A stretch of 64,000 nucleotides of DNA from Chiloscyllium plagiosum (GCF_004010195.1 NC_057756.1:7382275-7446274); one strand, 5' to 3'; shown: positions 23,996 through 38,174, counted from the first letter of the stretch. Notes: generated by a model not told the origin, from the sequence alone. Numbers and translations are program-made.

Positions 23996-24837
23996 NNNNN
24001 NNNNNNNNNNNNNNNNNNNNNNNNNNNNNNNNNNNNNNNNNNNNNNNNNNNNNNNNNNNNNNNNNNNNNNNNNNNNNNNNNNNNNNNNNNNNNNNNNNNN
24101 NNNNNNNNNNNNNNNNNNNNNNNNNNNNNNNNNNNNNNNNNNNNNNNNNNNNNNNNNNNNNNNNNNNNNNNNNNNNNNNNNNNNNNNNNNNNNNNNNNNN
24201 NNNNNNNNNNNNNNNNNNNNNNNNNNNNNNNNNNNNNNNNNNNNNNNNNNNNNNNNNNNNNNNNNNNNNNNNNNNNNNNNNNNNNNNNNNNNNNNNNNNN
24301 NNNNNNNNNNNNNNNNNNNNNNNNNNNNNNNNNNNNNNNNNNNNNNNNNNNNNNNNNNNNNNNNNNNNNNNNNNNNNNNNNNNNNNNNNNNNNNNNNNNN
24401 NNNNNNNNNNNNNNNNNNNNNNNNNNNNNNNNNNNNNNNNNNNNNNNNNNNNNNNNNNNNNNNNNNNNNNNNNNNNNNNNNNNNNNNNNNNNNNNNNNNN
24501 NNNNNNNNNNNNNNNNNNNNNNNNNNNNNNNNNNNNNNNNNNNNNNNNNNNNNNNNNNNNNNNNNNNNNNNNNNNNNNNNNNNNNNNNNNNNNNNNNNNN
24601 NNNNNNNNNNNNNNNNNNNNNNNNNNNNNNNNNNNNNNNNNNNNNNNNNNNNNNNNNNNNNNNNNNNNNNNNNNNNNNNNNNNNNNNNNNNNNNNNNNNN
24701 NNNNNNNNNNNNNNNNNNNNNNNNNNNNNNNNNNNNNNNNNNNNNNNNNNNNNNNNNNNNNNNNNNNNNNNNNNNNNNNNNNNNNNNNNNNNNNNNNNNN
24801 NNNNNNNNNNNNNNNNNNNNNNNNNNNNNNNNNNNNN
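23996..24837. other. Assembly gap (842 N)
   Basis: Run of N. Confidence 1.
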
Positions 24838-25537
24838 TTGTAGGCCTGTCTACATACTGTGTCAGGAATCCCTCCTGCACGCACTGGACAAAAACTGACC
24901 CATCTATATTACTCGTACTGTAATGATCCAAGTCAATATTTGGATAGGTGAGGTCCCCCATGACAACTACCCAGCCTGTCTCACTCCTATCGAGAGCCAT
25001 GTTTGCTATCCTTTCCTCTGGGATTATTCGGAGACCAATAGAAAATTCCCAGCACGGTGACTTCTCCTTTCCTATTCCTAACCTCAGCCCAAACTACCTC
25101 AGATGGCAAGTCCTCATCCATCGTCCTTTCCACCGCTGTAATACTATCTTTGACAAGCAATGCCACACCTCCCCCTCCTTTATCCCCACCTCTGACCCTA
25201 CTAAAACATTTAAATCCTGGGACCTGCAACAGCCAATCCTGTCCCTGTTCTATCCATGTCTCCGTAATAGCCACAACATCGAAGTCCCTGGTACCAACCC
25301 ACGCTGCAAGTTCACCTCCCTTATTTCGTATACTTCTTGCATTGAAGTATTCACACTTCAAGCCACTTTCCTGTTTACAGGCACCCTCCTTTGAAATTGA
25401 TGCCATGTTCCTAACCTCCCTACACTCCAGGTCCTGCACCCTAAAGCTACAGTCTGGGTTCCCATGCCCCTGCAGAGTTAGTTTAAACCCCACCCAAGAG
25501 CACTAGCAAACCTCCCCCCAAGGATACTGGTGCCCCT
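24838..25537 (-). mobile_element. CR1 ORF2 endonuclease region running into the gap
   Basis: YFNARSIRNK, VAITETW, GGGVALL and VMGD motifs. Confidence 0.9.
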
Positions 25538-25896
25538 CTTTCCGATTTAATAATATCATTCCTAAAGCAGGGCCACCAGAACTGTACATTGTAGTCCCGC
25601 ATTGGCCTCACCAATGTATTGTACAATTGTGACATGATGTTTCAACTCTTGTACTCAAAAAGTCTGAGCAATGAAGGTAAGAGTGCCAAAAGCTGTCTTC
25701 ACCATCCTCCCAACCTGTGACACACTTTCAAAGAACGATGCAACTGAACCCCGAGGGCTCCCTGTTTGGTAACACTCCCCAGAGCTCTACCATTAACTAT
25801 GTAAGTCTTGCCCTTGCTTGCCTAAACAAAATGTATTAATTTACATTTATCGAAATTAAACTCCAACTGCAAATCCGCATCCTGTTATCCCAATTA

Positions 25897-26250
25897 GGGT
25901 GGCGGATGGCTCAATGGTTAACCCTGTTGCTTTATACTGACACGGACCTGATGCAGAAACATTCCCAACTCGGGCGACTGTCTGAGTGGAGTTTGCAGAC
26001 TCTGTCGGTGTCTGTGTGGGTTTCCCCCGGGTGTTCCAGTTTCCTCCCACAATCCAAAGATGTGCAGGTTAGGTGAATGGCCGGGCTAAATTGCCCCATA
26101 GTGTTCGGGGATGTGTATGTTAGGTGCATTAGTCTGAGGTAAATGTAGAGTAGAAGGGGAAATGGGTCTGAGTAGGTTACTATTCGGAGGGTCGGTGTGG
26201 ATGTGTTGGGCTGGAGAGCTTGTTTCTACACATAGGGATTCTTTGATTCT
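25897..26250 (+). mobile_element. HE1-type V-SINE
   Basis: tRNA-like head and V-domain. Confidence 0.8.
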
Positions 26251-26334
26251 ATGAATTTATCAAGATCCCTTGTAGCTGAAACTTTATTGCTGGAGCTTTG
26301 ATCTCCAGCGTCTGCAGACCTCACTTTCTCCTCC

Positions 26335-28020
26335 AAGATCCCTTGTAACCTTAGATAACCTTCTTTAATGTCCACTGTGTTACCAATTTTGGATTCATCT
26401 GCAAACTGACTAATCATGCTTCCTAAATTCCTGAACCAAATCATTTATATAAATGACAAACAGCAGTAGATCCAGCATTGAGCCCTGCAGAAGCTCACTG
26501 ATCACAGGCCTCCTGTCCAAAAAGCAACCGTCCACCAGTACCCTCTGACTCCTACCATCAAGCCAATTTTGCATCCACTTAGCAAACTATCCCTGATGCC
26601 AATGTGATCTAAATTTGCTAACCAGTCTAACATGCAGAACATTGCCAAAGGCTTTACTAAAGTCCATGTGGACAATGTCTAACACTCTACACTCATCTAT
26701 CTTCTTGGTTACATAATTTTAAAAACTCAAACTGGTTTGTGGGACACAATTTTCCATGCACAAAACCATGCCGTCTCTCCCTAATCAGTCCTTACCTTTC
26801 CAAGTGCGTGTGAACTCTGTCTCTCAGAATCCCCTCCAGCAACTTATCCATCACTGATGTCAGACACACTGATCTATAGTTCCCTGGCTTCGCTTTCTCA
26901 CAAGGTAAAACAGGATTCTGGCTGGATATATGAATTCGGAAAGAATCTTCCAAGTTAGTAAGCAGTGCACAGCTACTTGTCATGAGTGCTCTGATTACAC
27001 TTTGGGTGTTTCTGGAATGTTCTTTGCTGAGATGAGGTCTAATACGAACAAGGATCAACAGGGATGTGGAGTAATAGATTGGTCAAGGCCTGCTGTACTG
27101 AAAAGCAAAGCCCTTTGGCCTACCGAGTGAGCACCAATCAAAAGCAAGCACCTAATTATTTGTACCTTACTTTCTAGCACCTGACCCATCATCAAGAATT
27201 CCTTGGCATTGCAAGTGCACATCTATAGACTTCTTCATGATGGTTTCTACCTCTACTGCCTTTACAGGCTGCGAGTTTTCACACACTCTGGATGACAAAA
27301 AATGATTCCTCTCACCCCTCCAAACCTCCAGCTCCTTCTATAAATCTGTGCCCCTCAGCTCCCCATCTTCACACGCAGTCATTAACCCATTCAACGAGGG
27401 GAAACATTTCTTTCCTTCTATTTTATGTATGCCCCTTATACTTAGATATCCCTGAATTATGCCGGCACCAAATGTCCTCTCCTTCAAGAAATATAAGCCC
27501 CTCAAGAAAAAAAAAGGCCCTCTTCTGACCTAAAACTCGCCAGCCCAGGCAAATCCAGGGAAATTTCCAAGGTATCCACCCCAGTGCAATCACAATTCTT
27601 CTATCATGTGGATTTCAGGACTGCATGCAATAATCTATCTGTAATTTCTCTACTCTGCCTTACTCGGCTAATAAGGATAAGCATTCTTAACCACTTATCT
27701 ACCTGTCCTGATACCTTACGGGACAGTTGGACATGCACACCAACGTCCCCCAGATCCTCAATGCTTCCCAGGTTCCCACTATTCATCATGTATTTATACA
27801 GACCACAAACAGCAATGGTCCCAACATGGACCCATGTGGAGCTCCAATGGACACAACATGCCAGTCACAAAAGCATTCTTCGATCATCAATCTCTGCTTC
27901 TGGTCACTCATCGAAATCTGGCTCCAATCACCACATCTCCTCTGTACCTTTGCTATCTTTCTTGGATGCAGTACCTTATATATAAAAAAAAGGCTGTTGT
28001 CCAAATGCATTGCCTTGCAT
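26335..28020 (-). mobile_element. Cluster of degenerate CR1 RT fragments
   Basis: QFADE, GNYRSVCLTS and GSMLGPLLF motifs. Confidence 0.65.
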
Positions 28021-28539
28021 TGTGGGAAGGAATTGGAGCCAAGAAGAGGAAGTATTGTTGGAATCTATAAATGTATAACCTTAAAGTAATAAACAACTAA
28101 ATTGCTACAAAGTCCACAAGTCTAAAAGTGGAAGTGAATAGTATTGTTGTTGAAAATTACTGTGATCTGAGAGGGGAAAATGGGCAGGGAAAGTAGTATC
28201 ACAGTGCAAATTGGGCTTTCTGAGAATCAGCACATAAACTATGGCTGTCAATGCCTTTTCATACACTGTACAATCCAATAATATCAATCAGCTTTGCATC
28301 CATTGTTCAATATTTTAACACTTTCACTCACTGTCAGTGGTGCTGAATTGCTCCTCCTCACTTTCTCCTTTAATCAAGGTTACAGTTAGAGTGATTGGAG
28401 TGAGGTCCAGCCAGATCCTGTCTTCACAACCCTAAAATGGCTGGTGTTCATAAACACTTGGAAGCTCTACTTGATGTTCAGCAGATTTGACATTAATGAT
28501 TGGGAGGAGCTCGCAATCAATTACTTAAAATGGTGGAGT

Positions 28540-30325
28540 ACAGTGTGCAGTTTTGGTCTCCAGATCTGAAAATGTTCTGGTTGTGGGGAAGTGTGGCAAA
28601 GCTTTACTAGACTGATTCCTGGGATGGTGGGCTGACGTATGAAGAGAGACTGGGTTGGTTAGGAATATATTCGCTGGCTTTTAGAAGGTTTTTATCTAAA
28701 TCTGTGAAAATGCAACAGGATTAGGTAGGGGAAATGCAGGAATGATGTTACTATCTTCAGGGACTCCCGAACAAATTTTCCCAGTCTAAGCATACGGGTA
28801 AGCTATTAGGATAGAGATGAGGAGAAATGTCTTCACCCAGAGAGTGGTGAGCCTGTGGAATTCTCTACCACAGAAACTGCTGAGACCAAAACAATGAGGG
28901 TGCTGAGACTCTTTCTGCTTGTCATCTACATTAATGACTTGCATGTGAATGTACAAAGTATAATTAATAAATTTGCTGACAACACGGAAATGGGTGTTGT
29001 TATTGATATTGAGGAGGGTGGTATCAGGTAGCAGTCTGATAATGGCCCACTGGTAAATTGGAAAGAGCTGATGGGATTTAGTGCTGACAAGGGGTGGCAC
29101 AGTGGCACAGTGGTTAGCACTGCTGCCTCACAGCGCCAGAGACCCGGGTTCAATTCTCCGCCTCAGGTGACTCTCTGTGTGGAGTTTGCACATTGTCCCC
29201 GGGTGCTCTGGTTTCCTCCCACAATCCAAAAAAAAATGTGCAGGTTAGGTGAATTGGCCATGTAGTGTTAGGTGAAGGGGTAAGAGTAGGGGAATGGGCC
29301 TGGGTGGGTTGCGCTTCGGCGGGTCGGTGTGGACTTGTTGGGCCGAAGGGCCTGTCTCCACACTGTAAATAATCTAAACAAAGTGCGAGGTGATGCATTT
29401 GCGAAGGGAAAGATGTGCACACTGGATGGGAGTATCCCGAGGGAGTACAGAGGAACAAAGGGACCTTGCTGTGCACGCCCATGGATCTCTGAAGGTGTCA
29501 GCACAGTAGACAGGATGCTGAAGAAGGCTCGTGGCATGATTGCCTTTATTAACCTGTGTGTGGAATATAGCTGCAAAGCAGTCTTGCTATGATGTTATTA
29601 AATATTGGTTCGGCCTCAGATGGAGTAATGTGTGCAGTTGTGGTCACCATGCTATCAGAAGGATGTCATTGTATTGGAGAGGGTGCAGAGGAAATTCACC
29701 AGGCTGTACCAGCAACATTCAAGAAGCAGCTGAACGAATCGATGAATAGGAAGCGAATAGAGGGAGATATATCCTGTAGGTGAGGGCACTTTAGTATGGA
29801 AGGCTAAAATGTGTTGGCGCAGGCTTGTAGGGTGGAAGGGCCTGTTCCTGTGCTATATTGTTCTTTGCTGTTTGCTGCCTGGAACAAAAAGTGTCAGTTA
29901 TGAGGAGAGACTGGAGAGGCTGGGTTTGTTTTCCTTGGAGCAGAGGAGGTTGAAGGGAGATCTGGTTGAGATGAACAAAATTAGGAGAGGCATAAACAGA
30001 GTAGATAATGACAAATTTTTCCCCACAGCAGATTGCCGAAGACCCAAGGGCATAAGTAGAAGGTGAGCAGTCAGTGGTTTACAGGAAACCTGAGAAAGAT
30101 GTTTTTTCTCAGGTGGTAGAAATATGGAACGTACTGTCTGACAGGATGGTGTGAGCAGGTATTCTCACAACATTCAATAAGCCTCTGGATGTGTCCTTAA
30201 AATGCCAGGGCATTTTAGGCTATGGACCACATGAAGGTAAATGCGATTAGTGTCATTGGGTATTTATGAGTCAGGATAGGCATAGCGGGGAGGGGCTAAG
30301 GGCCTGTTTCTCTGTTGCACGACTC
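28540..30325 (+). mobile_element. Cluster of CR1 3' fragments with an HE1-type SINE inserted at 29092-29376
   Basis: VQFWSP and LEQRRLKGDL motifs. Confidence 0.7.
29092..29376 (+). mobile_element. HE1-type V-SINE
   Basis: Same head, V-domain and tail as 48143-48455. Confidence 0.9.
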
Positions 30326-33300
30326 CATTCCTCAATTAATCAATGTTTTCCAAAAAACGTTTACAAACAAAGGACGGCGTGTTTGGAAATCACGTCCACA
30401 AGCGGCAGTGGATATTGAATTAATCATCACGTTGACCATGAGGAGAATAAATAACTCAATTTATTATAAATACATTCACTTTAACAAGATAACAATGATG
30501 ATTTATCAATTACTAAAGTATTTTAGTAATTGCCTATACCCCTTTAAGGTCAAATGCACATTAATTCAGAAAGAACACAGAAGGCACACAGTTTGTCACA
30601 AATACTATGGCTGAGGAGGTGGGGTATTTGTAGCCAGTGGAAAAAAAAGTGGTTCTGTATCACTAATCTAAACCACAAGAGTAGAATAAGCCGTTCTCAC
30701 AGTCCTCTTGGTTCTTATCGATGGTGTCTGCAAAGCGATGGGCATTCTTCACTGGTTGATTGGTTGGACCTGATGTCTTTCCTTTCCCTTTACATTTCAG
30801 AGTTCTTTCTTTCAGTGTATCTGTTTCTTTCAACGATAGAGAGTGGGAAACAGCGCACAGAAAAGTCTGGGACAGACTCAGCTCTTGGAGATTACCATTC
30901 GCATTTCACTCACGGAGTCTGTGTTAAACTGCAGCCAGACCAATCAGAAATCTGTTACTATGCAGAGCTTTCCTGAATTGATATCAGATAGCCCCAATTC
31001 TCCCGGACTCTCTGTCTCCAAAAAAGTAACATTATCTTATTTGCATCACTTAACTGTACTTGTTTTGTTTACACAGTGCAAAGTATTTGCATGCTTTAAA
31101 AAAATACATCATTTCATTTTGAGCGTGGACTGAAAATCAGAAAAATGGATGCTGTTATTAAAGAAAAGCATTGGAAGGATTGGTTTATGTGTAGCCAAAT
31201 AGCAGAGGTACAACGGGGTATTGTATCAATCAGGAACTTCGTGCAGTATGGCATTGGTTACATAGAAATTAAGAATGATGTCAATCTGTGTATAGACTAG
31301 CAATAATTATCAGTGTCAATGCTGTGATGTATGAGTTTCAGGAGTATGCCAGGTATGGTTTTCTGGAGCAGTGTATTAATGAATCGACAGGCTGTTTGAG
31401 ATTTAATATTATGTAATGATAAAGTGCCAGTTAATAATCTCATTGTAAAAGAACCTTTGGGGATGACTTGACCATAATATTATAGAATCCTACGTTCTTT
31501 TTAAATGTGAAGTCATTCAATTCGAGGCCAAGGTGTTAAACTAGAACAAAGGAAATTGTGAAGGATGATGGTCAAATTGGCTGAGGTGAATTGGGACTGT
31601 ATGTAAAAAGATATGACAGTCTGTAAGCAATTTATAAAAAAAAGAGAAAATCAGCAGCAGGCGACTGAGATGGATGATCAGCAATGATCATTATGAGCAG
31701 ATTCAATGGACTGACTGGCCTACTCTTTCTCCTACTTTCTGTATAAATACATATATAATTTATAGCAGCAAACACAGCCATTTTGACTCTGCAAAGGTCT
31801 CTTCATTAGCATCAGGAGGGGTAGTGCCTGAAACTGGGAGCGCTGTCTGATAGATTCATCAAGCAATGGCCTGACAGTCATGCTCAAAGGATCACATCTT
31901 AGAGACCATGCCCCAGCCACCACCATCACCATCTCTAGGTACATCCTGACCCACAGACAGGACAGGCCCAACAGGGGCTGCAGCACAGTAGGGACACAGT
32001 TGGGAAGGAGTTGCCCTGGGAGTCCTCAACATTGAGTCTCAATCCCACGAAATGTTGTAACATTGAGTCAAACCCGGGCAAGGAAGCTTCCTGCTGGTTC
32101 CCCTCTTCTGGCTGATGAATCAGCACTCCTCCATGTTTAACACTACTTGGAGGGAACACTGAGTGTGGGAAAGGGTGCAGCATGTATTCTCGATGGAGGA
32201 TTTCCATATGTATCGACATTGGCTCAGCAGCGACAATACTGATTGATTCCTGAAGGCAAAGCTGCTACACTGGGTCTGCGGCAAATGGTGCAAGAATCAA
32301 CAAAAGGGACAAATATACTTAACCTCACCCTGAACAAACTGCATGCTTAAGGTGCATCCATCCATGACCATATTGATAGCAGCTAGGACCCCACAGTACT
32401 TCTGGAGACAAAGGATACCCTCCATGAAGATGGCTGGTATCACCTATGTGCTAAATGAGATCAGCTTTGTATACATTCAACACCTCATGACTGGGCATCC
32501 ATGAGGTATTGTGTGTCATCAGGAGAGGCAGAATTGCATCCCAATGTAATGTGCAACTTCAAGGTTTTGCATATCGCCAACTCAATGATCAAGCCAAGGG
32601 AAAGAAAAACACGGTTCAGTGAACAGCACAGGATGAGCAGCGCCAGGCATAACGAAAAATGAAGTGACCAAACTACCAAACAGGATCACTTGTCTGCCAA
32701 ACATCATACGCAGAAAATGACAGTCAGGGTGAAGTGATTCTCCAACCAACCAATCAGATGTAAGCTCTACCATCCTGTCACATTCAGACATGGGTGGGAG
32801 TGGTAAATTAAACAGCTCAGTGAAGGAAGAGGCTCAACAAATATCCCCATTCTCAGGATGGTAGAGCCCAGCACATTGGTGCAAAGGATAAGCCTGAAGT
32901 ATTCGTACCCATCTTCAGCTACAAGTGAAAAATGGATGATTCAACTTGACCTCTTCTAGTGGTCCCCAGCATCACAAATACCAGTCTTAAGCCAATTTGA
33001 TTCGTTCCGTGTAACAGTCATAAATGGTAGAAGACACTGAATACTGCCAATTCTATGGGTCCTGACAATATTCTGGCAATTGTACTGAAGACCTGTGCTC
33101 CAGAATGTGTCTCTTCCTGAACCAAGCTTTTCCAGCACAGTTATGACAGGTGGAGTTAGTGTCGGATGGAGGTTATAATTTTAGTGGAGCCATTGGACAG
33201 AGATGCTGCTGCCCAGATTCAGCTGGTGAGTAAATGACCAAGGAAATACGTACATCCGCAGAGTGCCTTGCACACCCTCAGGGCATTCCATCTTGCTTCG

Positions 33301-34299
33301 CAATTGGCAAGGGCTTTTCAGAAGTGGTGACCCTGCTGTAACAATAAGAGAGGCAAGAGGTTAGTAAATGTGCACAATCGCAAACAGGAAGTCTGGGTTT
33401 TGTTTCCACTTTAACTGTTTGTGGGTTAAGGTAGGTACTGTGGGGGAGCATCCAAGCCCCTCCGCCTAATGTTTCATGTTCAACGCCACTCCACACCTTG
33501 AAATCCAAGGAATGTGCATTCGGAATGATTTGTGGCCTTTCTATGTCCCTCAGCCTTGCCTGCAGGAGGCACTATCTATGCAAGAGCCTGCTGTAAGCCA
33601 GGCTTTATTTCCAGCAGTGCTCCTCAGCAGTAGCCTCTGGTGACTACCTCTAGGAAGTATGTGCTTTGTCTGTCTCATACGCCCCAAGGCAAGAAAGGGC
33701 AGATGTTAATTGAAAGATGGGCCATGGCATCTGTTCTGCTTCAGAATTCTGCCTGTGGATCCATAGCATTGACCTGAGGAATTGCTGGTAAAACATCTTC
33801 ATCCAAAGGACACTATGGCACTACCACGCTACTGCCTTCGCATGTCAGTTTAGATTGCATACAAAATGGGTAAGACTTGTCTCAAAACATTGGGACTGAA
33901 AGGATGAGAAGGAGTAGTTGATTGGTGTTGTTCTCAAGTTCCCCAAGCCTACATCTACTTGGAGTGGTTGATTATAGGCTCATAGAGATGTACAGCACGG
34001 AACAGGCCCTTCAGCCCATTGAGTCTGTACTGACCAAAGAAGAAACCATCTCCGATCTACCCTAATTCCATTTGACCCAAGGATATTCCAAGTGCTCATC
34101 CAGGTACTCTTTAAAGGTTTTGTGGTTTCCCACCTCAACTACTCTCTGAGACAGCACATTCAGACCCACCCACCACTCACTGAGAGAAAACAATTTTCTT
34201 ACGTCCTTCCAAAATCTTCTGCCCTTCATCTTAAACTTGTTATTGACTCTTCAGCACAGCGATGCAGCCGCTTCCTACCACCCATCATGTACACCCCTT

Positions 34300-34620
34300 A
34301 GGCAGCACAGTGGCTAGCACTGCTGCCACACAGTGCCAGGGTTCGATCTTACCCTCAGGCAAATGTCTGTGTGAGTTTGCACATTGTCTCCGGATCTGCG
34401 TAGGTTTCCATGGGTGCTCCGGTTTCCTCCCACAATCCAAAGACCTGCAGATTCGTTGGATATTAGCCAGAGATGTGCTGCGTGGATTAACCATGGTTAA
34501 TGTGGGATTATGGGGATGGGGTAGGGACCTGGAATACTGTAAGAGTGGGATGTTTTTCAGAGGCTCAGTGCACGCACTCTCTTTGAGCTGTATGGGATAT
34601 TTCTACAGTGTAGGGATTCT
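34300..34620 (+). mobile_element. HE1-type V-SINE
   Basis: tRNA-like head and V-domain. Confidence 0.8.
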
Positions 34621-34974
34621 ACCATCTCTATCAGGTACCCTCTCAACCTTTTCTGCTCTAAAGAAAACAACCTGAGCTTATCCAGCCTCTCTTCATAGTT
34701 AAACTGTGACATCCTGGTGAAGGCACCCTCTCTAGTGCCATCACATTCTTCCTGTAATGAGGTGAGTAGAGCTGCGCACAGCACCCCAGTTGATCAGAAG
34801 AGACCCTTTGGAAGAAGACTCACCCCTGGACTCGTGGTGTTAACTCTGCTTTCTCTCCGTAGATACTGCAAGACCTGCTGAGTTTCTCTAGCAATTTCTG
34901 TTTTTGTTTGTTTCAGATTTCCAGCATACACAGTTCTTTGTTTCATTTCATCCATATATTCAAATATATGTAAG

Positions 34975-35440
34975 GCCCCTTTTGGAATACTGCATCCAAT
35001 TCTAGTCTCCCTGCTATTGCAAAGAGTTGTTTAACTTTAGAGAGTGCAGAAAAAAATTACAAGGATGCTGCCAGGATAGTTTGAGCTATAGGAAGTGACT
35101 GAATAGGCTTGGAGCTGTTTCCCTGGAACGTGGGAGGCTTAGAGGTGACCTTATAGAGGTTTATAAAATCATGAGGGGCATGGATAGGATAAGGAGTCAA
35201 GGTCTTTTTCTCCAGGGGACGAGAGTCCAAAATTAGTGGGTCCAAGTTTAAGGGGAGAGGAGAAAGATTTAAAAGAGACCTGAGGGACAACATTTTCGTG
35301 CAGAGGGTGGTGGGTGTATGGAATGAGATGCCAGAAGAAGTGGTGGACGCTGGTACAGTTACAACATTTAAAAGGCATCTGAATATGTATGGGATGGGAA
35401 GGGCTTAGACAGATATGGGCCAAGTGCTGATAAATGGATC
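34975..35440 (+). mobile_element. CR1 3' fragment
   Basis: LRGDLIEVYKIMRG-type motif and CR1 3' region. Confidence 0.75.
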
Positions 35441-35769
35441 TGAATCCATTATTCGTAATTACAAAGATAAACGCACCTTTCCAAGTGTTCATAGACTGAT
35501 CTGTGAGGAGAAAGTGAGTCATACACTGAGCTGAAGGTCCCAGAGGAAAAATAAAAGATATCATAGCCAATTCAAATCAGTCTCAACAGCAATAGTGTCT
35601 GAAATGATTGAAATTCAGAGAAACGTACTGTGTAGTTTGAACTGGACTGATCCTGATTTCCACATTATTTCTGTAAAGATAATTAATATACTAAATGTTA
35701 ATAGTGTCACAACTGCATTGAAGCAGCTGAGAGTGTAACATGCAGTATGGAGACGTACTGCCTTTATTC

Positions 35770-36100
35770 TCATAGAATCCCTGCAGTGTGGAAGCAGGCC
35801 ATTCAGACCACGGAGTCCACACTGACCCTCCGAAGAGCATCACACCCAAACCAACCCCCCTGTTACCCTATATTTCCCATGGTGAACCCATCTAGCCTGC
35901 ACATCCCTGGACACCACGGGGCAATTTAGCATGGCCAGTCCACTCTAACCTGCATATCTTTGGACTATGGGATGAAATCGGAAATCCCGGAAGAAACCCA
36001 CGCATTGACTGGGAGTATGCGCAAACTCCACACAGACAGTCACCGGAGGGTTGAATCGAATCTGGGTCCCGAACGCTGAGAGGTCACAGTGCTAATCTCT
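35770..36100 (-). mobile_element. HE1-type V-SINE
   Basis: V-domain and head on the reverse strand. Confidence 0.8.
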
Positions 36101-36751
36101 GACCCCCTTACTGACGTAATTTTTAAATCATTGTTTTGTTTTACAAATTTAAAGAATAAAGTAGATTCATGGAGTGGGGATTTAGAGAGGGATATAAAAC
36201 TTTCAAGCATAAGAATTGTCATAGTCTCAGGTATGTCTCTTGGGACATTTCATTCTATGATTTACATATCCTGAACATTAACAATGTTGAAATGCAAGGA
36301 CTGCTATCACTGTGCCAGATTTCCTCATTGCAAATTTATTCCACCCATTCCCTCTGTTGGAGGTGCTGTTGCACACTAGCCCTTGCTCTAGTCTACCCAG
36401 TCTCCAACACATGCAAGTCAATGAGATGTACATCGTAAGGATTTCTGGACTCACATCTTCTGCAGTACTGTGTGGACTTGTGGTTGCCCTGTTATAGGAA
36501 GGATATTACTAAACTGGAGATATTTCAGAAATGATTTATCAGGGTATTGCCAGGAGTGGAGAATTTAGATGTAAAAAGACTTTGGAAAGGCTGGGATGTA
36601 GGAGGTTGAGGGGTGACCTTACTGAGGTTTATAAAATCATGAGTGGTTACTTTAAATAACAATGGTCTTTTCCATAACGTAGAGGAGTTCCCAAACTAGG
36701 GGACATACATTTCAGACAAGAGGAGAAAGATTTAAAAAGGACACGAGGGGC

Positions 36752-37159
36752 AACATTTTTACATCTGTGTGGAATGCCCTGGCAGAGAAAGTCATGGATG
36801 GAGGCACGTTTAAAACGCATGAAAGACAGTTGGAGCGATATAGGTAAAACACAGGGACTAGCTCAGCTTGGGAACATGTTTGGCATGGAGTGTTTGCAGC
36901 TAAGGGTCTATTTCTATGCTGTAGAATTGAATGGTATTGAGTTTCTTGAGCATTGAACATTTTTGCATCTGTGTGGAATGCCCTGGCAGAGAAAGTCATG
37001 GATGGAGGCACGTTTAAAACACATGAAAGACAGTTGGAGCGATATAGGTCAAACGCAGGGACTAGCTCAGCTTGGGAACATGTTTGGCATGGAGTGTTTG
37101 CAGCTAAGGGTCTATTTCTATGCTGTAGAATTGAATGGTATTGAGTTTCTTGAGCATTG
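36752..37159. repeat. Tandem duplication, 2 x 204 bp, near identical (CR1 3' end plus junction)
   Basis: 36752-36955 and 36956-37159 differ at only about 4 positions. Confidence 0.95.
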
Positions 37160-37456
37160 TTGGAGCTGCACCGATCCAGGCAAGTGGGGAGCATTCCATC
37201 ACACTCCAAACATTGCCTTTTTAGATGCTGGACAGGCTTTGGCATGTCAGGAGGTGACCTACTCACTGGAGGGTTCCTAACCTCTGACCCAATCTTGTAC
37301 CAACAGTATTTCTGTGACGAGTCCAGTTGAGTTTCTGGTCGATGGTGACCACCAGGCTGCTAATAACGTGGGATTCACCGATAGGAATGAACGTCAATGG
37401 CAATGTTGAGATACTTTATTGACTGGAATCATCCTATCTGCCTCATCCACCCCTTG

Positions 37457-38082
37457 TGTTACGGATCAGACCAGACCTTCTTAACATATATTAAAAAGGT
37501 AGCCTCGACCCTTAGGTTTTTTTTTTCTTATTTTAAAGGTAAAAGTAAAATGTTGTGTTCCTGATGCAATTTGATTAGTCAAATTACTCGACATCAAGCA
37601 AAATACAATTTATTCAAACACTATGAATAAAATATAACAAAAGAAAGCAGAACTTAGAATTATTTAACTCTGCTGGAAAACTTAACAGATTAATAGATAC
37701 AGTAACTACTGATAATTAATTGTTCGAATATTATAACATCCCATAAACGTATCCTTTTGTAAAAAGAGAAATTCAGGCACAGATTCTCACATTATGAAGA
37801 GAAATCCCTGATTCCAGCTGTAATTGAGAGAGAGAAAGAGAGGAAAAAAGATAGGTTCTACTTCTTGAAAACTCCCATCACTCCTGCTGAATTTAAAAGC
37901 TATAAAGAAAATTAGAAATCTCTGTCTGTGAGAGCCGGTCACACCCATCAAGGCTGCTTTTATTGTTCCAACTTTAAAGAAAACCGCCAAGGAATCACAC
38001 GCTATTTACATCATGATAGACTGCTCGGTGTCTCTTGTTCAATCTCTTTCTTAAAAGAAACTCGGACAAAACACACCTCACA
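37457..38082. mobile_element. Probable solo LTR (~626 bp)
   Basis: TGTTAC...CTCACA termini; flanking CTTG/TTTG imperfect 4-bp TSD; TTTATT (minus-strand AATAAA) inside. Confidence 0.45.
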
Positions 38083-38174
38083 TTTGTGATTGTGATTCAC
38101 AGGTCAGAAAGGACAAGCTGTATCTGGTAATAATCACCCATCCTCCTTCTTCTGTCCAATTATTTGAAATTTTT

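Noticed and set aside
23975..25000. Long ORFs of 297-341 aa in the track
   Set aside because: Artefacts of translating the N gap
28332..28431. Minus-strand exon-like segment GCEDRIWLDLTPITLTVTLIKGESEEEQFSTTD with AG/GTGAGT ends
   Set aside because: No recognisable family and no phase-compatible neighbours; may be chance
36712..37280. 184-aa ORF with an internal repeat
   Set aside because: Antisense translation of the 204-bp duplicated CR1 3' end
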